This document shows, piece by piece, positions 8,308 to 17,748 of a DNA stretch of 64,000 nt. Position 1 is the stretch's first letter. Each line of letters opens with the position of its first letter. Under the pieces are notes generated by a model, which was not told the origin of the DNA, ran no database searches, and saw only the letters and a list, made by a program, of their open reading frames with translations. The DNA is taken from contig JBDIVU010000001.1 in the NCBI GenBank assembly GCA_039794205.1, forward strand, positions 223,794-287,793, given 5' to 3'. The stretch is from Phycisphaeraceae bacterium (lineage in GTDB: Bacteria > Planctomycetota > Phycisphaerae > Phycisphaerales > UBA1924). Made by a program: the position numbers and the translations under genes.

Positions 8308-10977
8308 ATGACTGCGGACGACTTTTCTGCCACGGGCGGCGCGCCGACGTCGGGCGCACCTGATCCCGCGTCGTCGGACACTCGCTCGCTCCGGCCGGGC
8401 GACGCCGTCGGCGCCTCGCGCGCGGACGCCGACGCCGCCGGGCTGCTCCCCGCGGGGACGCGCATCGCGGAGTATGAGATCATCGAGCCGCTGGGCGAAG
8501 GCGGGATGGGCGTCGTCTACCGCGCCCGGCAGGTCTCGCCCGACCGCGAGGTCGCGCTCAAACTGATCCGGGGCAGGTCGCTCTCGCGCGATGCGATCAA
8601 GCGTTTCGAGTTCGAGGCGCACGTCCTCGGCAGGCTCCAGCATCCCGGCGTCGCGGCGATCTACGACGCCGGCGTCCACGCGGGCGACCCGTTCTTCGCG
8701 ATGGAACTCGTCGACGGCGAGCCGTTGACGCGCTACGCCGACCGCGCCGGTTTGAGCGTCAAGCAGCGTCTGGAACTTATGTCCCGGATCTGTGACGCCG
8801 TCCAGCACGCGCACACCAAAGGCGTCGTCCACCGCGATCTCAAGCCCGGCAACATCCTGGTGACGCGCGACGGCATGCCGAAGATCCTCGACTTCGGCGT
8901 AGCCCGCGCGACCGACAGCGACATCCAGACCGCCACCATACAGACCGAGATCGGCCAACTCGTCGGCACCATCCCGTACATGAGCCCCGAGCAGGCGTCC
9001 GGCGACCCCGACTCGATCGACACGCGCAGCGATGTCTACGCGCTCGGCGTGATCGCGTACGAACTGCTCGCCGGGCGTCTGCCTCACGACCTCCGCGCGA
9101 AGATGATCCACGAAGCCGTGCGCGTCATCCGCGAGGACGACCCCGCGCCGCTGAGCAGCGTCCATCGCTCGCTGCGCGGCGATGTCGAGATAATCATCGG
9201 AAAGGCGCTCGCGAAGGAGAAGGAACGCCGATACCAGTCGGCGAATGACTTCGCGTCGGACATCGGGCGCTACCTGCACGACGAGCCGATCGAGGCCCGG
9301 GCGCCGAGCGCATCTTATCAACTTCGCAAGTTCGCCCGGCGGAATCGGCCGCTGGTCGCGGGGGCGTCGGCGGCTCTCGCGGCGCTGGTGCTGGGTCTGG
9401 CGGGGACGTTGTGGCAGGCTTCGCGTGCCGCCGAGCGAGCGCGGGTCGCCGTCGCGGCCGAGGCCCGCGCCGTCGCCGAGGCCGATCGCGCCGCAGAAGC
9501 CGAACTCGTCGCGAGGCGTGAGGCGATCGCCGCGACGACCATCGCCGATTTTCTCGCGTCGATGCTCCAAGGCGTCGGGCCGGGCGTCGCGCGCGGACGC
9601 GACACGGAACTCCTGCGCGAGATCGCCGACAACGCCGTCGCACGCGTCGATTCGGAACTCGCCGATCAGCCCGAGGTCCGCGCCCGCATGCTGCGCACGC
9701 TCGGCGTTGTCTACCACGATCTCGCGGACTACCCGCGCGCCGAAGACCTTATAAGCCGCGCGGTCGAATCGGCCCGGCTGACGCCCGGGGACAACCGCGT
9801 CCCGGTCGCTCGCGCGATGTTCGATCTGGCGCGCGTGATCGATTCCGTCGGGCGCTACGACGACGCCCTCGCGGCGTATCAGGAGTCGCGCGACATGTAC
9901 GTCGCTGCGGACGCCGGCGACACGCCCGATGCGCTCACGGCGCTTAGCGGGATAGGCGGGGCGCTCGTCAAACTCAATCGCAACGCCGAGGCCGTCGATA
10001 TCTTTCGCGCGCTCCTGCGCGCCGAGCGCGACGCCGCCGCCGCGACCGGCGTCGAGACCGCGAAGATCGCCACGATCATGGACCGTCTCTCGATCGCGCT
10101 CGGTCAGAGCGGCGGGGATCCCGAAGAGATAGAACGGCTGTCGCGCGAGTCGCTCGCCGTCCGCCGCAGCATCCTCGGCGAGAATCACCCGGACATCCTG
10201 CTGGGCATGGTCAACCTCGCCGCCCAGATCTCCCGGCAGGGACAGCACGAAGAGGCGATCTCGCTCGTCGAAGACGGGGTTCGGCGTCACCGTGACGTCT
10301 TCGGTGATGTTCACCCCTACACCGCGATGGCGACCAACAGCGCCGCGATTGTCTACCAGCGCGCGGGCCGCGACGCGGACGAGATCGACGCCCGGCGTGA
10401 AACGCTTGCCATCTTCATCGAAGCGCTCGGCCCGGACGCGCGGCAGACGCTCGACGCGGTGTGGCTTCTAGGCTCGGCGCTCGAACGTCTCGGCGATCAC
10501 GCCGGGGCTGAGGAGCAGTACCGCGCGATGCTGGAATACACGCGCAACAACTATCCCGCGGGCGACCGCCGGACTTCTAATGTCATCATGCTGGTGGCGT
10601 CGTCGCTGACGAAGCAAGGCAGGCACGCCGAGGCCGAGCCGCTCCTGCGTGAAGCCCTCGGCGCCCGAGCCGCCGATCTGCCAGCGGGGCATGCGCAGAT
10701 TGCGCAGTCGCGCGAGGCGCTCGTCGAGTGCCTGGTGGCGCAATATAAGTTCGCGGACGCCGAGCCGGTGCTGCTGGCCGTGTACGAGGCGGCGGGGGAA
10801 CCAATCGGCGGTGGGGACTCTGAGAAAGTAGCGGAACCCGACGCCGAAACCGCCCGCGCCGCCGCCGCGGCTCTGGCATCGTTCTACGAAACCTGGGCCG
10901 CCGCCGACCCTTCCCGCGCCGCCGACGCAGAGCGGTGGCGCGCGACACTGAGCCGGCTCGGAGCTCCGTCGCCGTGA
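8308..10977 (+). CDS. Serine/threonine protein kinase with a TM segment and C-terminal TPR repeats
   Basis: Hanks kinase motifs GEGGMGVVYRA, VALK, HRDLKPGNIL, DFG and SPE. One TM helix (LVAGASAALAALVLGLAG) and a long TPR-like C-terminus. ATG at 8308. Confidence 0.85.
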   Translation: MTADDFSATGGAPTSGAPDPASSDTRSLRPGDAVGASRADADAAGLLPAGTRIAEYEIIEPLGEGGMGVVYRARQVSPDREVALKLIRGRSLSRDAIKRFEFEAHVLGRLQHPGVAAIYDAGVHAGDPFFAMELVDGEPLTRYADRAGLSVKQRLELMSRICDAVQHAHTKGVVHRDLKPGNILVTRDGMPKILDFGVARATDSDIQTATIQTEIGQLVGTIPYMSPEQASGDPDSIDTRSDVYALGVIAYELLAGRLPHDLRAKMIHEAVRVIREDDPAPLSSVHRSLRGDVEIIIGKALAKEKERRYQSANDFASDIGRYLHDEPIEARAPSASYQLRKFARRNRPLVAGASAALAALVLGLAGTLWQASRAAERARVAVAAEARAVAEADRAAEAELVARREAIAATTIADFLASMLQGVGPGVARGRDTELLREIADNAVARVDSELADQPEVRARMLRTLGVVYHDLADYPRAEDLISRAVESARLTPGDNRVPVARAMFDLARVIDSVGRYDDALAAYQESRDMYVAADAGDTPDALTALSGIGGALVKLNRNAEAVDIFRALLRAERDAAAATGVETAKIATIMDRLSIALGQSGGDPEEIERLSRESLAVRRSILGENHPDILLGMVNLAAQISRQGQHEEAISLVEDGVRRHRDVFGDVHPYTAMATNSAAIVYQRAGRDADEIDARRETLAIFIEALGPDARQTLDAVWLLGSALERLGDHAGAEEQYRAMLEYTRNNYPAGDRRTSNVIMLVASSLTKQGRHAEAEPLLREALGARAADLPAGHAQIAQSREALVECLVAQYKFADAEPVLLAVYEAAGEPIGGGDSEKVAEPDAETARAAAAALASFYETWAAADPSRAADAERWRATLSRLGAPSP

Positions 10978-11024
10978 CGAGCCGGAACATCTCGCGGTGA
11001 TTTGTTTCTCATTTGCTGCGCCGT

Positions 11025-11228
11025 GTCGGACGCCTGACCTGAGCGGAGCGAAGGTCGGGGTGGATGCTCGATTCACCGCTGAGGCGCAGCGAGCGCAGAG
11101 AGGGAAGAGTTGAGGTGGCTTCGCGCGGGCAGGACGCCCGTGCCACTGTTTCTTAATAAGACGGACGGGACGCCCGTCCCACGGTTGCTTAGTCCCTCTC
11201 CCCCCGGGAGAGGGCCGGGGAGAGGGAC
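11025..11228. repeat. Composite repeat: leader module (11025-11060), hairpin GCAGGACGCCCGTGCCACTG (11123-11148), palindrome GGGACGCCCGTCCC (11165-11180), type-3 palindrome TCCCTCTCCCC..GGGGAGAGGGA (11192-11228)
   Basis: Direct reading. The modules are shared with 2391-2516, 48690-48731 and 50543-50583. Confidence 0.75.
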
Positions 11229-11271
11229 GACCGGTGCTGGGCGTGGCGCGCGCGTTGTGCGCGACACATCC

Positions 11272-11299
11272 AAAGCCCAGGGATTTATCCCTGGGCTTT
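11272..11299. terminator. Type-1 palindrome AAAGCCCAGGGATttATCCCTGGGCTTTT; putative bidirectional terminator between the convergent STK and gatB genes
   Basis: Perfect inverted repeat followed by TTTT. It sits between convergent genes. Confidence 0.5.
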
Positions 11300-11344
11300 T
11301 GTCGTGTTAGGTGAAGCGTTTGATACAAGTCAGACTTAACGTCA

Positions 11345-11437
11345 CGGCTCGGAGAGCCGTGCCACCCTGGAGCCGTGCCACCCTGGAGCCGTGCCACCCT
11401 GGAGCCGTGCCACCCCTGAGCTGTGCCACCCCGGGGC
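11345..11437. repeat. Palindrome CGGCTCGGAGAGCCG followed by 4-5 tandem 16-bp units (GGAGCCGTGCCACCCT)
   Basis: Direct reading. Shares the GCCGTGCCAC core with the hairpin family. It abuts the gatB stop codon. Confidence 0.8.
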
Positions 11438-11446
11438 GGGTCTTGT

Positions 11447-12979
11447 TCAGCAGAGGATTTCGAGGAGTTTTTCCCTCGCCGCGTTGGCGTCGGCTTTGCC
11501 GCCCGAGGCTTTCATCACGCCGCCGACGAGGCGCCCGATCGCGGCGTGCTTGCCTGCTTTGATGTCCTCGATCGACTTCGCGTTGGCCGGGTCCGCGATG
11601 ACCTGTCGGCACCATGCTTCGAGCGCGCCCTCGTCCTTAACTTGCAGGAGGTTCAATCGTTCCGCCGCTGCGCGGGCGTCTTCGTCCGAGTCACACAAGG
11701 CGCCGAAGAGTTCGTCCGCGGCGCTCGAGCCGATGTCCCCGTCCTGGCGCAGGCGGATGATCCCGGCGATCTGTTCGGCGTTGACGCCGAGTTCCCACGC
11801 GCCGACGCCGCGCTCGTTCGCGCGTTTCGCGCCCGCCTGGAGGAGCATGTTCGCGGCCTGTTTGCCCGCGGCGTCTGCGCGCACGCCCACCGCGCCGACC
11901 GCAGCAACGCACGCTTCATAAAAGAAGCACAGGTCGCGCTCGTCCGTCAGCGCGAGCGCCTCCTTGCGCGACAGCACGTAGTCCTTCTGATATCGCGCGG
12001 CCCGGTGATGCGGGAGTTCGGGCAGCCGCGCGACGACCGATTCGCGCCAGGCGTCGTCGATGACGAGCGGGATAAGGTCGGGGTCGGGCATGTATCGGTA
12101 GTCGTGGGCTTCTTCTTTTTCGCGCTGGAGGACGGTGACGCCTCGGGCGTCGTCCCAGCCTCGCGTGGTCTTGGCGCCGGGCGCCATCTCGACGCCGGTC
12201 TCGCGCCAGCGTCTGGGCTGCTCGGCGAGTTCGTGCTCGATGGCGCGCTGCACGGCCCGGAAGGAGTTGAGGTTCTTTATTTCGACGATGGGCGTGCGGA
12301 TCTCGCGGCCGTCGGAGAGGTCGATGATGGTGTTGATGTTAGGTTCGAAGCGCATGTGGCCCTTCTGCATGACGCCCTCGGTGACGCCGAGGAATCGGCA
12401 GGTGTTGCGGAGCATGCGCGCGAACGCGACGACCTCGTCGGCTGTGCGAAAGTCGGGCTGGGTGACTATTTCGAGGAGCGGCGTCCCGGCGCGGTTGTAA
12501 TCGACGATCGAGCCGTCGATTGGCGCGCCGCCCGGGGCTTCGTGGAGAAGTTTGCCTGCGTCTTCTTCGAGGTGTGCGCGGATGATCCCGATTGTTTTCG
12601 TGCGTTCGCCGATCTCGTCGGCGGGGTCGGGCATGGTGACGGCGCCGTCGAAGCAGATGGGCATGTCGTACTGGCTGATCTGATACCCCTTGGGTAGGTC
12701 GGGGTAATAATAGTTTTTGCGGTCCCACTTGGTCTCGCGCGCGATGGAGCAGCCGAAGGCCGCGCCGACGAGCATGGCCATCTCGATCGCGGCGCGGTTG
12801 AGGACGGGGAGCGCGCCGGGCAGGCCGAGGACGACGGGGTCGATGAGGGTGTTGGGCGGCGCGTCGTCGAACTCCCTGTTTGCGGAGCAGCCCGCGCGGG
12901 TGAACATCTTGGTGCGGGTCGCGAGTTCGACGTGTATTTCAAGCCCGACCATGAGCCGGACGGCGGTGATCTCAGCCAT
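11447..12979 (-). CDS. gatB: Asp-tRNA(Asn)/Glu-tRNA(Gln) amidotransferase subunit B
   Basis: GatB N-terminus MAEITAVRLMVGLEIHVEL..TKMF with conserved core blocks. ATG at 12977-12979; the upstream 49 codons of the track ORF are Arg-rich read-through. Confidence 0.88.
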   Translation of the reverse strand: MAEITAVRLMVGLEIHVELATRTKMFTRAGCSANREFDDAPPNTLIDPVVLGLPGALPVLNRAAIEMAMLVGAAFGCSIARETKWDRKNYYYPDLPKGYQISQYDMPICFDGAVTMPDPADEIGERTKTIGIIRAHLEEDAGKLLHEAPGGAPIDGSIVDYNRAGTPLLEIVTQPDFRTADEVVAFARMLRNTCRFLGVTEGVMQKGHMRFEPNINTIIDLSDGREIRTPIVEIKNLNSFRAVQRAIEHELAEQPRRWRETGVEMAPGAKTTRGWDDARGVTVLQREKEEAHDYRYMPDPDLIPLVIDDAWRESVVARLPELPHHRAARYQKDYVLSRKEALALTDERDLCFFYEACVAAVGAVGVRADAAGKQAANMLLQAGAKRANERGVGAWELGVNAEQIAGIIRLRQDGDIGSSAADELFGALCDSDEDARAAAERLNLLQVKDEGALEAWCRQVIADPANAKSIEDIKAGKHAAIGRLVGGVMKASGGKADANAAREKLLEILC

Positions 12980-13011
12980 GCGGTCATCGTACCGCGAGCG
13001 TCGCCGGGCGA

Positions 13012-13899
13012 TCAGGCAAGCCCGGCGTCGGCGCGCCGGCGTTCGAGAAGGTCGCGCGTGATCGGGCCCGGTGCGCCCGCGCCGATCTGCTTCGCCTCGA
13101 CGCGCGTCACGGGCAGGACGCCCCACGACGAGTTCGTGAGGAACACCTCGTCGGCGTCGAGAAGTTCCTGCACGGTCAGGAGCCGGCGCTGAACAACCGC
13201 GCCGATCGCGGCGGCGTGGTCGATAATCTCGGCGCGGGTCACGCCCGGGAGGACCGGGCTTGCGATCGCGCCGGGCGCTTCTTCGCTGCGCGCGGGAGGT
13301 GTGACGAGCGCGCCGTTGAGAACCGCGAAGATGTTGCTGACCGCGCCCGAGGCGACGTGGTTCGTCACCTGAAGAAATATTGTTTCGCCCGCGCCTTTGC
13401 CCGCGGCCTCCTGAAGCGCGCGGAGCCGGGGCCAGTAGTTAAGTGTTTTATGGCCGGCGAAACGGTCGAGTGGGTTGACGCGATCGTCGGCAATGGTGGC
13501 GAGCACGCCGCGCTCGAACATCTCGGCGGGGTATATCGTCGCGGGCTGGGCGGCGATGATGATGGTGGGGTGAGGCGGTGTTTCGCGGCGTTGTTCGAGG
13601 AGGTTGAGATCCCCGCCGGTGATCGTCAGCCGGACTCGGGCGCGCTCGAGCGACGCGCGGGCGACGGTCCGGCGGACTGCCTCGGCGAGCGGTTCGTGCC
13701 GGAGCGACTGCGCGAGTGTGAGCGCCCGGGCGGAATCGATCAGGCGCGCCAGGTGTTCGTCGAGGCGGTGGACGCGATCGCCGACGGCGAGCATGGTCTC
13801 GAAGAGGCCCACGCCGTGCTGAAGCCCGGCGTCGAACGCGCCGACGCGGGCGCGGTCGCGCTCGACAAAGTCGCCGTTGATCCAGACCGCAGCGGGCAT
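13012..13899 (-). CDS. Class IV aminotransferase / aminodeoxychorismate lyase family (PabC/IlvE-like)
   Basis: GVGLFETM, VLPGVTR and E..L blocks typical of the PLP fold-type IV enzymes. ATG at 13897-13899. Confidence 0.72.
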   Translation of the reverse strand: MPAAVWINGDFVERDRARVGAFDAGLQHGVGLFETMLAVGDRVHRLDEHLARLIDSARALTLAQSLRHEPLAEAVRRTVARASLERARVRLTITGGDLNLLEQRRETPPHPTIIIAAQPATIYPAEMFERGVLATIADDRVNPLDRFAGHKTLNYWPRLRALQEAAGKGAGETIFLQVTNHVASGAVSNIFAVLNGALVTPPARSEEAPGAIASPVLPGVTRAEIIDHAAAIGAVVQRRLLTVQELLDADEVFLTNSSWGVLPVTRVEAKQIGAGAPGPITRDLLERRRADAGLA

Positions 13900-13909
13900 G
13901 ACGCAGAGC

Positions 13910-15553
13910 CTAGCGATCCGCCGCCCGGTCCGGGGGCGGGTCGGCGTGGCGTCGGGCGCTGCGCGATCGGCTTTCGAGGAGGGCGCGTTCGATCCGGCGT
14001 GTCGAGACGTTGAGGGTCGCGGCGATCTCGCTGACGGACTGCGGCGGCCCGCCGACACGGCCGAGACGGGCGGCGATCGCGCCTCGCCGCAACGGATCCG
14101 CGGAATCATAATAATGTGATGAGAGTGACTCGGCGGGCGGGTCGAGCGTCGCGCTCCAGGGCGTGGCGCGGTGTGACCAGTCGTCGAGCGAGGCCCCGAT
14201 GTTCTGGGCACGATTGGCGCTCGCGGGGGATGCGCGGCCGAGGGCGATCGACGCGACGGCGCGATCGACCGCGGGGCCGACGACCCCGGCGAGTCGTCGC
14301 TGGGATCCGGTCCGGGCGGCGAGGAATCGGCGTGTCGCGTCGATGGCGGCGTCCATGGCGGCGCGGTGGACGGCGCGCACCGCCGACGAAGGGAGTTCGA
14401 GGATCGATCGGCCGAGCCTGGCTTCGACCGCGGCGAGGATGAACCCGCGCTGCGACGCGATCAGTTTGATCACCAGCAGCGACGCCCAGCGGAGGTCGGT
14501 TTCCGCGCGATCTACAGAGGTGAGCGTCGGGCGGACGTTCGGCTCGACGGACCGGCGGGCGCGGGCGAGCAGCGCGGCGATCGCGCGGGCCAGCGCGGCC
14601 TCGTCGTGCCGGCTCGGCGGAAGGGTCGAGTGAGCGATCGAGGCCCATTCGCCGCTGGTCCGTTCTATCGCCGGGCGGAGGTCGGCTCGCGCAGCGGGAT
14701 GATCGAGGGACGAGCCGTCGGCGATCGCGGGTGTCTCGAACTCTCGCGCGGCTCGGGTTACGGCGGCGGCGCGCTCCTCGAGGGCGATGCGCCGGATGGT
14801 CTGCGGCGATTTGTTGTATCGCCCGGCGAGACGCTCGACTGACACACCCGCGCGGATAGCCCGCGCGATCACACGCCGGCGTCGGTCGTCGCGCCCGATC
14901 GAGGGACGATCGCGGCCGGCGTTTATAAGAATCTGACGGATGGTTTCGTGAGTTCGGCCCTCGCGTTCGGCGATGCGGGCGGCGGTTTCGTTGAGCGACC
15001 AGCCGAATCGCCGCGAGGCACGGTCGGCGATGCGGATGATGGATCGGCGGCGGGGGGCGGGGATGCGCGAACGCTCCGAGGCGCGGCCCAGAGTCTCGGC
15101 GTGGGTTCGTTCGAATGTTTCGACCGATGCGACCGGGAAGCGCAGACGCGTGCGCGCGCCGGCCCGGACGCGGACCGCGATCAGCCCGGATCGGCGGTAG
15201 CGCTCGATGGTCTTGCGCGAGACGGACCAGCGGGCCGCGAGTTCGTCGATCGTCAGCGCGGGCGTGACGGAGTTCGGGGTCAGCGCGGCGCGATCGCTGA
15301 TGCGCTCGACGAAGGCGGAGAGGTCGCGTCGGACCGCGGCGCCGACGATCAGCGGGGGTGAGTCCGTCTCGGGCCGATAGCCCGTCAGGCGTTGGACGAG
15401 CCAGTCCTCGGGGTAGAGTTGATCTGGGTCGATGGTGGCGGCGAGATCGACGGCGCGGGCGATCTGCGTGAGGATCTGCGACGCGGGCGCGTAGCGCAGT
15501 TGCGTGGCGAGGTCGTCGAGCGCTGCGAGCGAGATGCCGCTCAGGCGGGGCAT
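13910..15553 (-). CDS. Hypothetical protein with several HTH-like (sigma-70 region-4-like) segments
   Basis: 547 aa with repeated segments that look like DNA-binding helices (LTIDELAARWSVSRKTIERYRR; SPQTIRRIALEERA; SVSEIAATLNVSTRRIERALLE). ATG at 15551-15553. Confidence 0.45.
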   Translation of the reverse strand: MPRLSGISLAALDDLATQLRYAPASQILTQIARAVDLAATIDPDQLYPEDWLVQRLTGYRPETDSPPLIVGAAVRRDLSAFVERISDRAALTPNSVTPALTIDELAARWSVSRKTIERYRRSGLIAVRVRAGARTRLRFPVASVETFERTHAETLGRASERSRIPAPRRRSIIRIADRASRRFGWSLNETAARIAEREGRTHETIRQILINAGRDRPSIGRDDRRRRVIARAIRAGVSVERLAGRYNKSPQTIRRIALEERAAAVTRAAREFETPAIADGSSLDHPAARADLRPAIERTSGEWASIAHSTLPPSRHDEAALARAIAALLARARRSVEPNVRPTLTSVDRAETDLRWASLLVIKLIASQRGFILAAVEARLGRSILELPSSAVRAVHRAAMDAAIDATRRFLAARTGSQRRLAGVVGPAVDRAVASIALGRASPASANRAQNIGASLDDWSHRATPWSATLDPPAESLSSHYYDSADPLRRGAIAARLGRVGGPPQSVSEIAATLNVSTRRIERALLESRSRSARRHADPPPDRAADR

Positions 15554-15600
15554 GGGGTCTGGTTCGCGCGATCGCGTTCGGTCGGCGCCGGCGGTGAGAA

Positions 15601-15684
15601 TGCGGGCGAGAGGGGTCGAACCTCCACGTCCTTTCGGACACGGGAACCTAAATCCCGCGCGTCTGCCAGTTCCGCCACGCCCGC
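15601..15684 (-). tRNA. tRNA-Leu (anticodon UAG), type II with a long variable arm
   Basis: Manual fold: acceptor GCGGGCG/CGCCCGC, D-arm GCGGAACTGGCAGACGC almost identical to E. coli tRNA-Leu, anticodon stem CGGGA/TCCCG with loop TTTAGGT (U33, anticodon TAG, G37), long variable arm, T-arm GGAGG-TTCGACC-CCTCT, discriminator A. Confidence 0.8.
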
Positions 15685-15856
15685 GGCGGGTCGCCGATGC
15701 CCGGGTGATGCTCGCGGGTTTGCCCGGCCGGGTCAAGGGGATCGGGGTTTATGCGCGAAGGCCGGCGCCCGGTCGGGTAGGATGATCGAGTGAAACGCCG
15801 GTCGCGCCCGCTCGGAAGAAGTCCGGGCGGCGTCGGGCGTCGCGGAGGATCGGGCG

Positions 15857-16693
15857 ATGACTTTCAGACAACGGCTCGGGCTGGGCGTGCCGCCGATCCT
15901 CTTGAGGCTGGTGCTGGCGGTAACATTCATTTACGCGGGCGCCGGGAAGTTCCTCGGGGAGGTGCCGCTGACGCCGGAACAGGCTTCGCGCCTCGACGCG
16001 ATCCACAACGCGGCGCCCATGCCCGCGCCCGCGCCCTCGCAGCCGACCACGCCCGGCGGCGACGAGACCACCGCGTCGCGTCCGCCGATCGTGATGCTCG
16101 TTCAGGGATCGCAACCAGCAGAGCCGGAACCGCAGCCCGAATCTCAGCCGACGGCGCCCGCGGACGCGGACGCGGACGCGGACGCTGTTGACGCGGATAC
16201 TCCCGAGTTCACGATTCCCGTGCCGACGCATCGGTTCGTGGACATGCTGACGGTCATGATCTACGCGTACGCCACGCCTGATGATAATGGGAAGGCGTTG
16301 CTGCCCGGGTTCATGGCTTCGGGGAAGTGGCCGATCTGGATCGCCAATGCGGTGGCGGTGACGGAACTGCTCGGCGGGATCATGGTGCTGATCGGGCTGC
16401 TGACGAGGCTTTGGTCGCTGGGGATCGCGGGTGTGATGGTCGGGGCGTTGTGGCTGACCTCGATCGGGCCGGTGGTCGTGATGGGGCAGCCGGGCTGGCC
16501 GGGGTTCTTCAAGGTGCTGCCTCCGATCGAAGGGTTCAGTTCGCAGGCGTGGCAGACCTGGCTCTGGCAGGCGTCGCTGATCGCGGGGAGCCTGTCGCTG
16601 GCGTGCCTGGGGGCGGGAGCGATGAGCCTTGATCGGCTCTTCTTCGGGAAGCCGGGCGTCAAGCCGACGCCCGCGAAGATAGAACTCGACTGA
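15857..16693 (+). CDS. DoxX-family integral membrane protein with a Pro/Ala-rich periplasmic insertion
   Basis: Helices typical of DoxX (LRLVLAVTFIYAGAGKF and a C-terminal helical bundle). Family assignment by pattern only. Confidence 0.55.
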   Translation: MTFRQRLGLGVPPILLRLVLAVTFIYAGAGKFLGEVPLTPEQASRLDAIHNAAPMPAPAPSQPTTPGGDETTASRPPIVMLVQGSQPAEPEPQPESQPTAPADADADADAVDADTPEFTIPVPTHRFVDMLTVMIYAYATPDDNGKALLPGFMASGKWPIWIANAVAVTELLGGIMVLIGLLTRLWSLGIAGVMVGALWLTSIGPVVVMGQPGWPGFFKVLPPIEGFSSQAWQTWLWQASLIAGSLSLACLGAGAMSLDRLFFGKPGVKPTPAKIELD

Positions 16694-16698
16694 CCGCC

Positions 16699-17748
16699 AT
16701 GCCGCCCGCTGCTCGGCGTAGCCGTAGCCGTCGTCCCTGGCCGAGGCGCGTTTGGCGCGCAGCGACAGCGCTATGGCGCGATCCGAGATCGCAAGGCGCC
16801 CTGCCCTGGCTCGTGTCGCTGATTCTGCACGCCGGATTGGTGACGGTTGCGGGTCTGATCGCGTGGCGAGTGACGGAGGAGAAGTCGGGCGCTCCGCCGA
16901 TCGTCGCGCGATTCGAGGAGCCGGCGATCGCCGCAGCGATGGCGGAGGCGCCGACGCCGATGCCCGAGCCGGATTCCGCCGGGGCGATCGAGGAGTTGCT
17001 CACACCGACCGCGCCGATCCCCGCCGAGGCGCCCGCGTTGCCCGCTGCGCCCGCGCCGCCGGAGTTTACACCACCGGCAGATGTGGTTTCGGAGCCTCCC
17101 CGACTGATCCCGCCGGACGCCTCGCCGAGGGTCGAGTTCTCCGGGCTTGGTGTGTCCGAGGCGCGCGACATCGTGTACGTGGTGGACGCTTCAGGCTCGA
17201 TGGTTACATCGATGGCGAGCGTGGTGGCGGAACTCGGGCGTTCGATCTCGGCGTTGCACCCCGTGCAGCGCGTGCAGGTTCTGCTGTTCCGGACGCCGGT
17301 CGGGGCGGGGGCGGACGAGCCGGGCTATGTCTTCGCGCCGCTGCCCGCGCCCTCGGCTGCGCCCGTGCTCTTCGACGCGACCCGCGCAAATAAGAAGTCG
17401 GCGCTCGACTGGCTCGCGACGATCACGCCGAGGTTCCGCTCGAACCCGCTGCCGGCGCTCGAGGCGGCGTTGCGGCTGCGGCCCGACGCGATCTTTGTGA
17501 TGTCCAGCGGCGCGACGGACGAAACCCTCATGGGAATGACCGCCGAGGAAGTCCTCGCCCGGCTCGATCGGCTCAACCCGCAGCGGCGCGACGGGTCGCG
17601 CACCGTCGTCATCCGCGCGGTGCAGGTGCTCGAGGAGGATCCCGCGGGCCTGCTGCGCAGGATCGCCGAGGCGCACGGCGGGGAAAACGGGTACAAGTTC
17701 ATCAGCCGGGAAGACCTCGCGTCGCGGGCGCCCGGCGCGTCGCCATGA
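16699..17748 (+). CDS. Membrane-anchored von Willebrand factor A (VWA) domain protein
   Basis: N-terminal TM helix, Pro/Ala-rich linker, then the MIDAS motif DIVYVVDASGSM (DxSxS). The stop overlaps the next gene's start (ATGA). Confidence 0.68.
   Translation: MPPAARRSRSRRPWPRRVWRAATALWRDPRSQGALPWLVSLILHAGLVTVAGLIAWRVTEEKSGAPPIVARFEEPAIAAAMAEAPTPMPEPDSAGAIEELLTPTAPIPAEAPALPAAPAPPEFTPPADVVSEPPRLIPPDASPRVEFSGLGVSEARDIVYVVDASGSMVTSMASVVAELGRSISALHPVQRVQVLLFRTPVGAGADEPGYVFAPLPAPSAAPVLFDATRANKKSALDWLATITPRFRSNPLPALEAALRLRPDAIFVMSSGATDETLMGMTAEEVLARLDRLNPQRRDGSRTVVIRAVQVLEEDPAGLLRRIAEAHGGENGYKFISREDLASRAPGASP

Noticed and set aside
8200-10314. 704-aa ORF on the minus strand
   Set aside because: It is antisense to the Ser/Thr kinase gene, which has clear catalytic motifs. 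The ORF is Arg/Asp/Gly-rich and low-complexity, as is typical of high-GC antisense frames. The same applies to 3546-4838(-), 17325-19145(-), 20825-21946(-), 21933-22979(-), 38431-39501(-), 42950-44089(-), 50656-51960(-), 54758-56050(-) and 59345-60181(-).
15749-16231. 160-aa minus-strand ORF upstream of and overlapping DoxX
   Set aside because: It is Arg-rich and low-complexity, antisense to a well-formed membrane protein gene and its promoter region.
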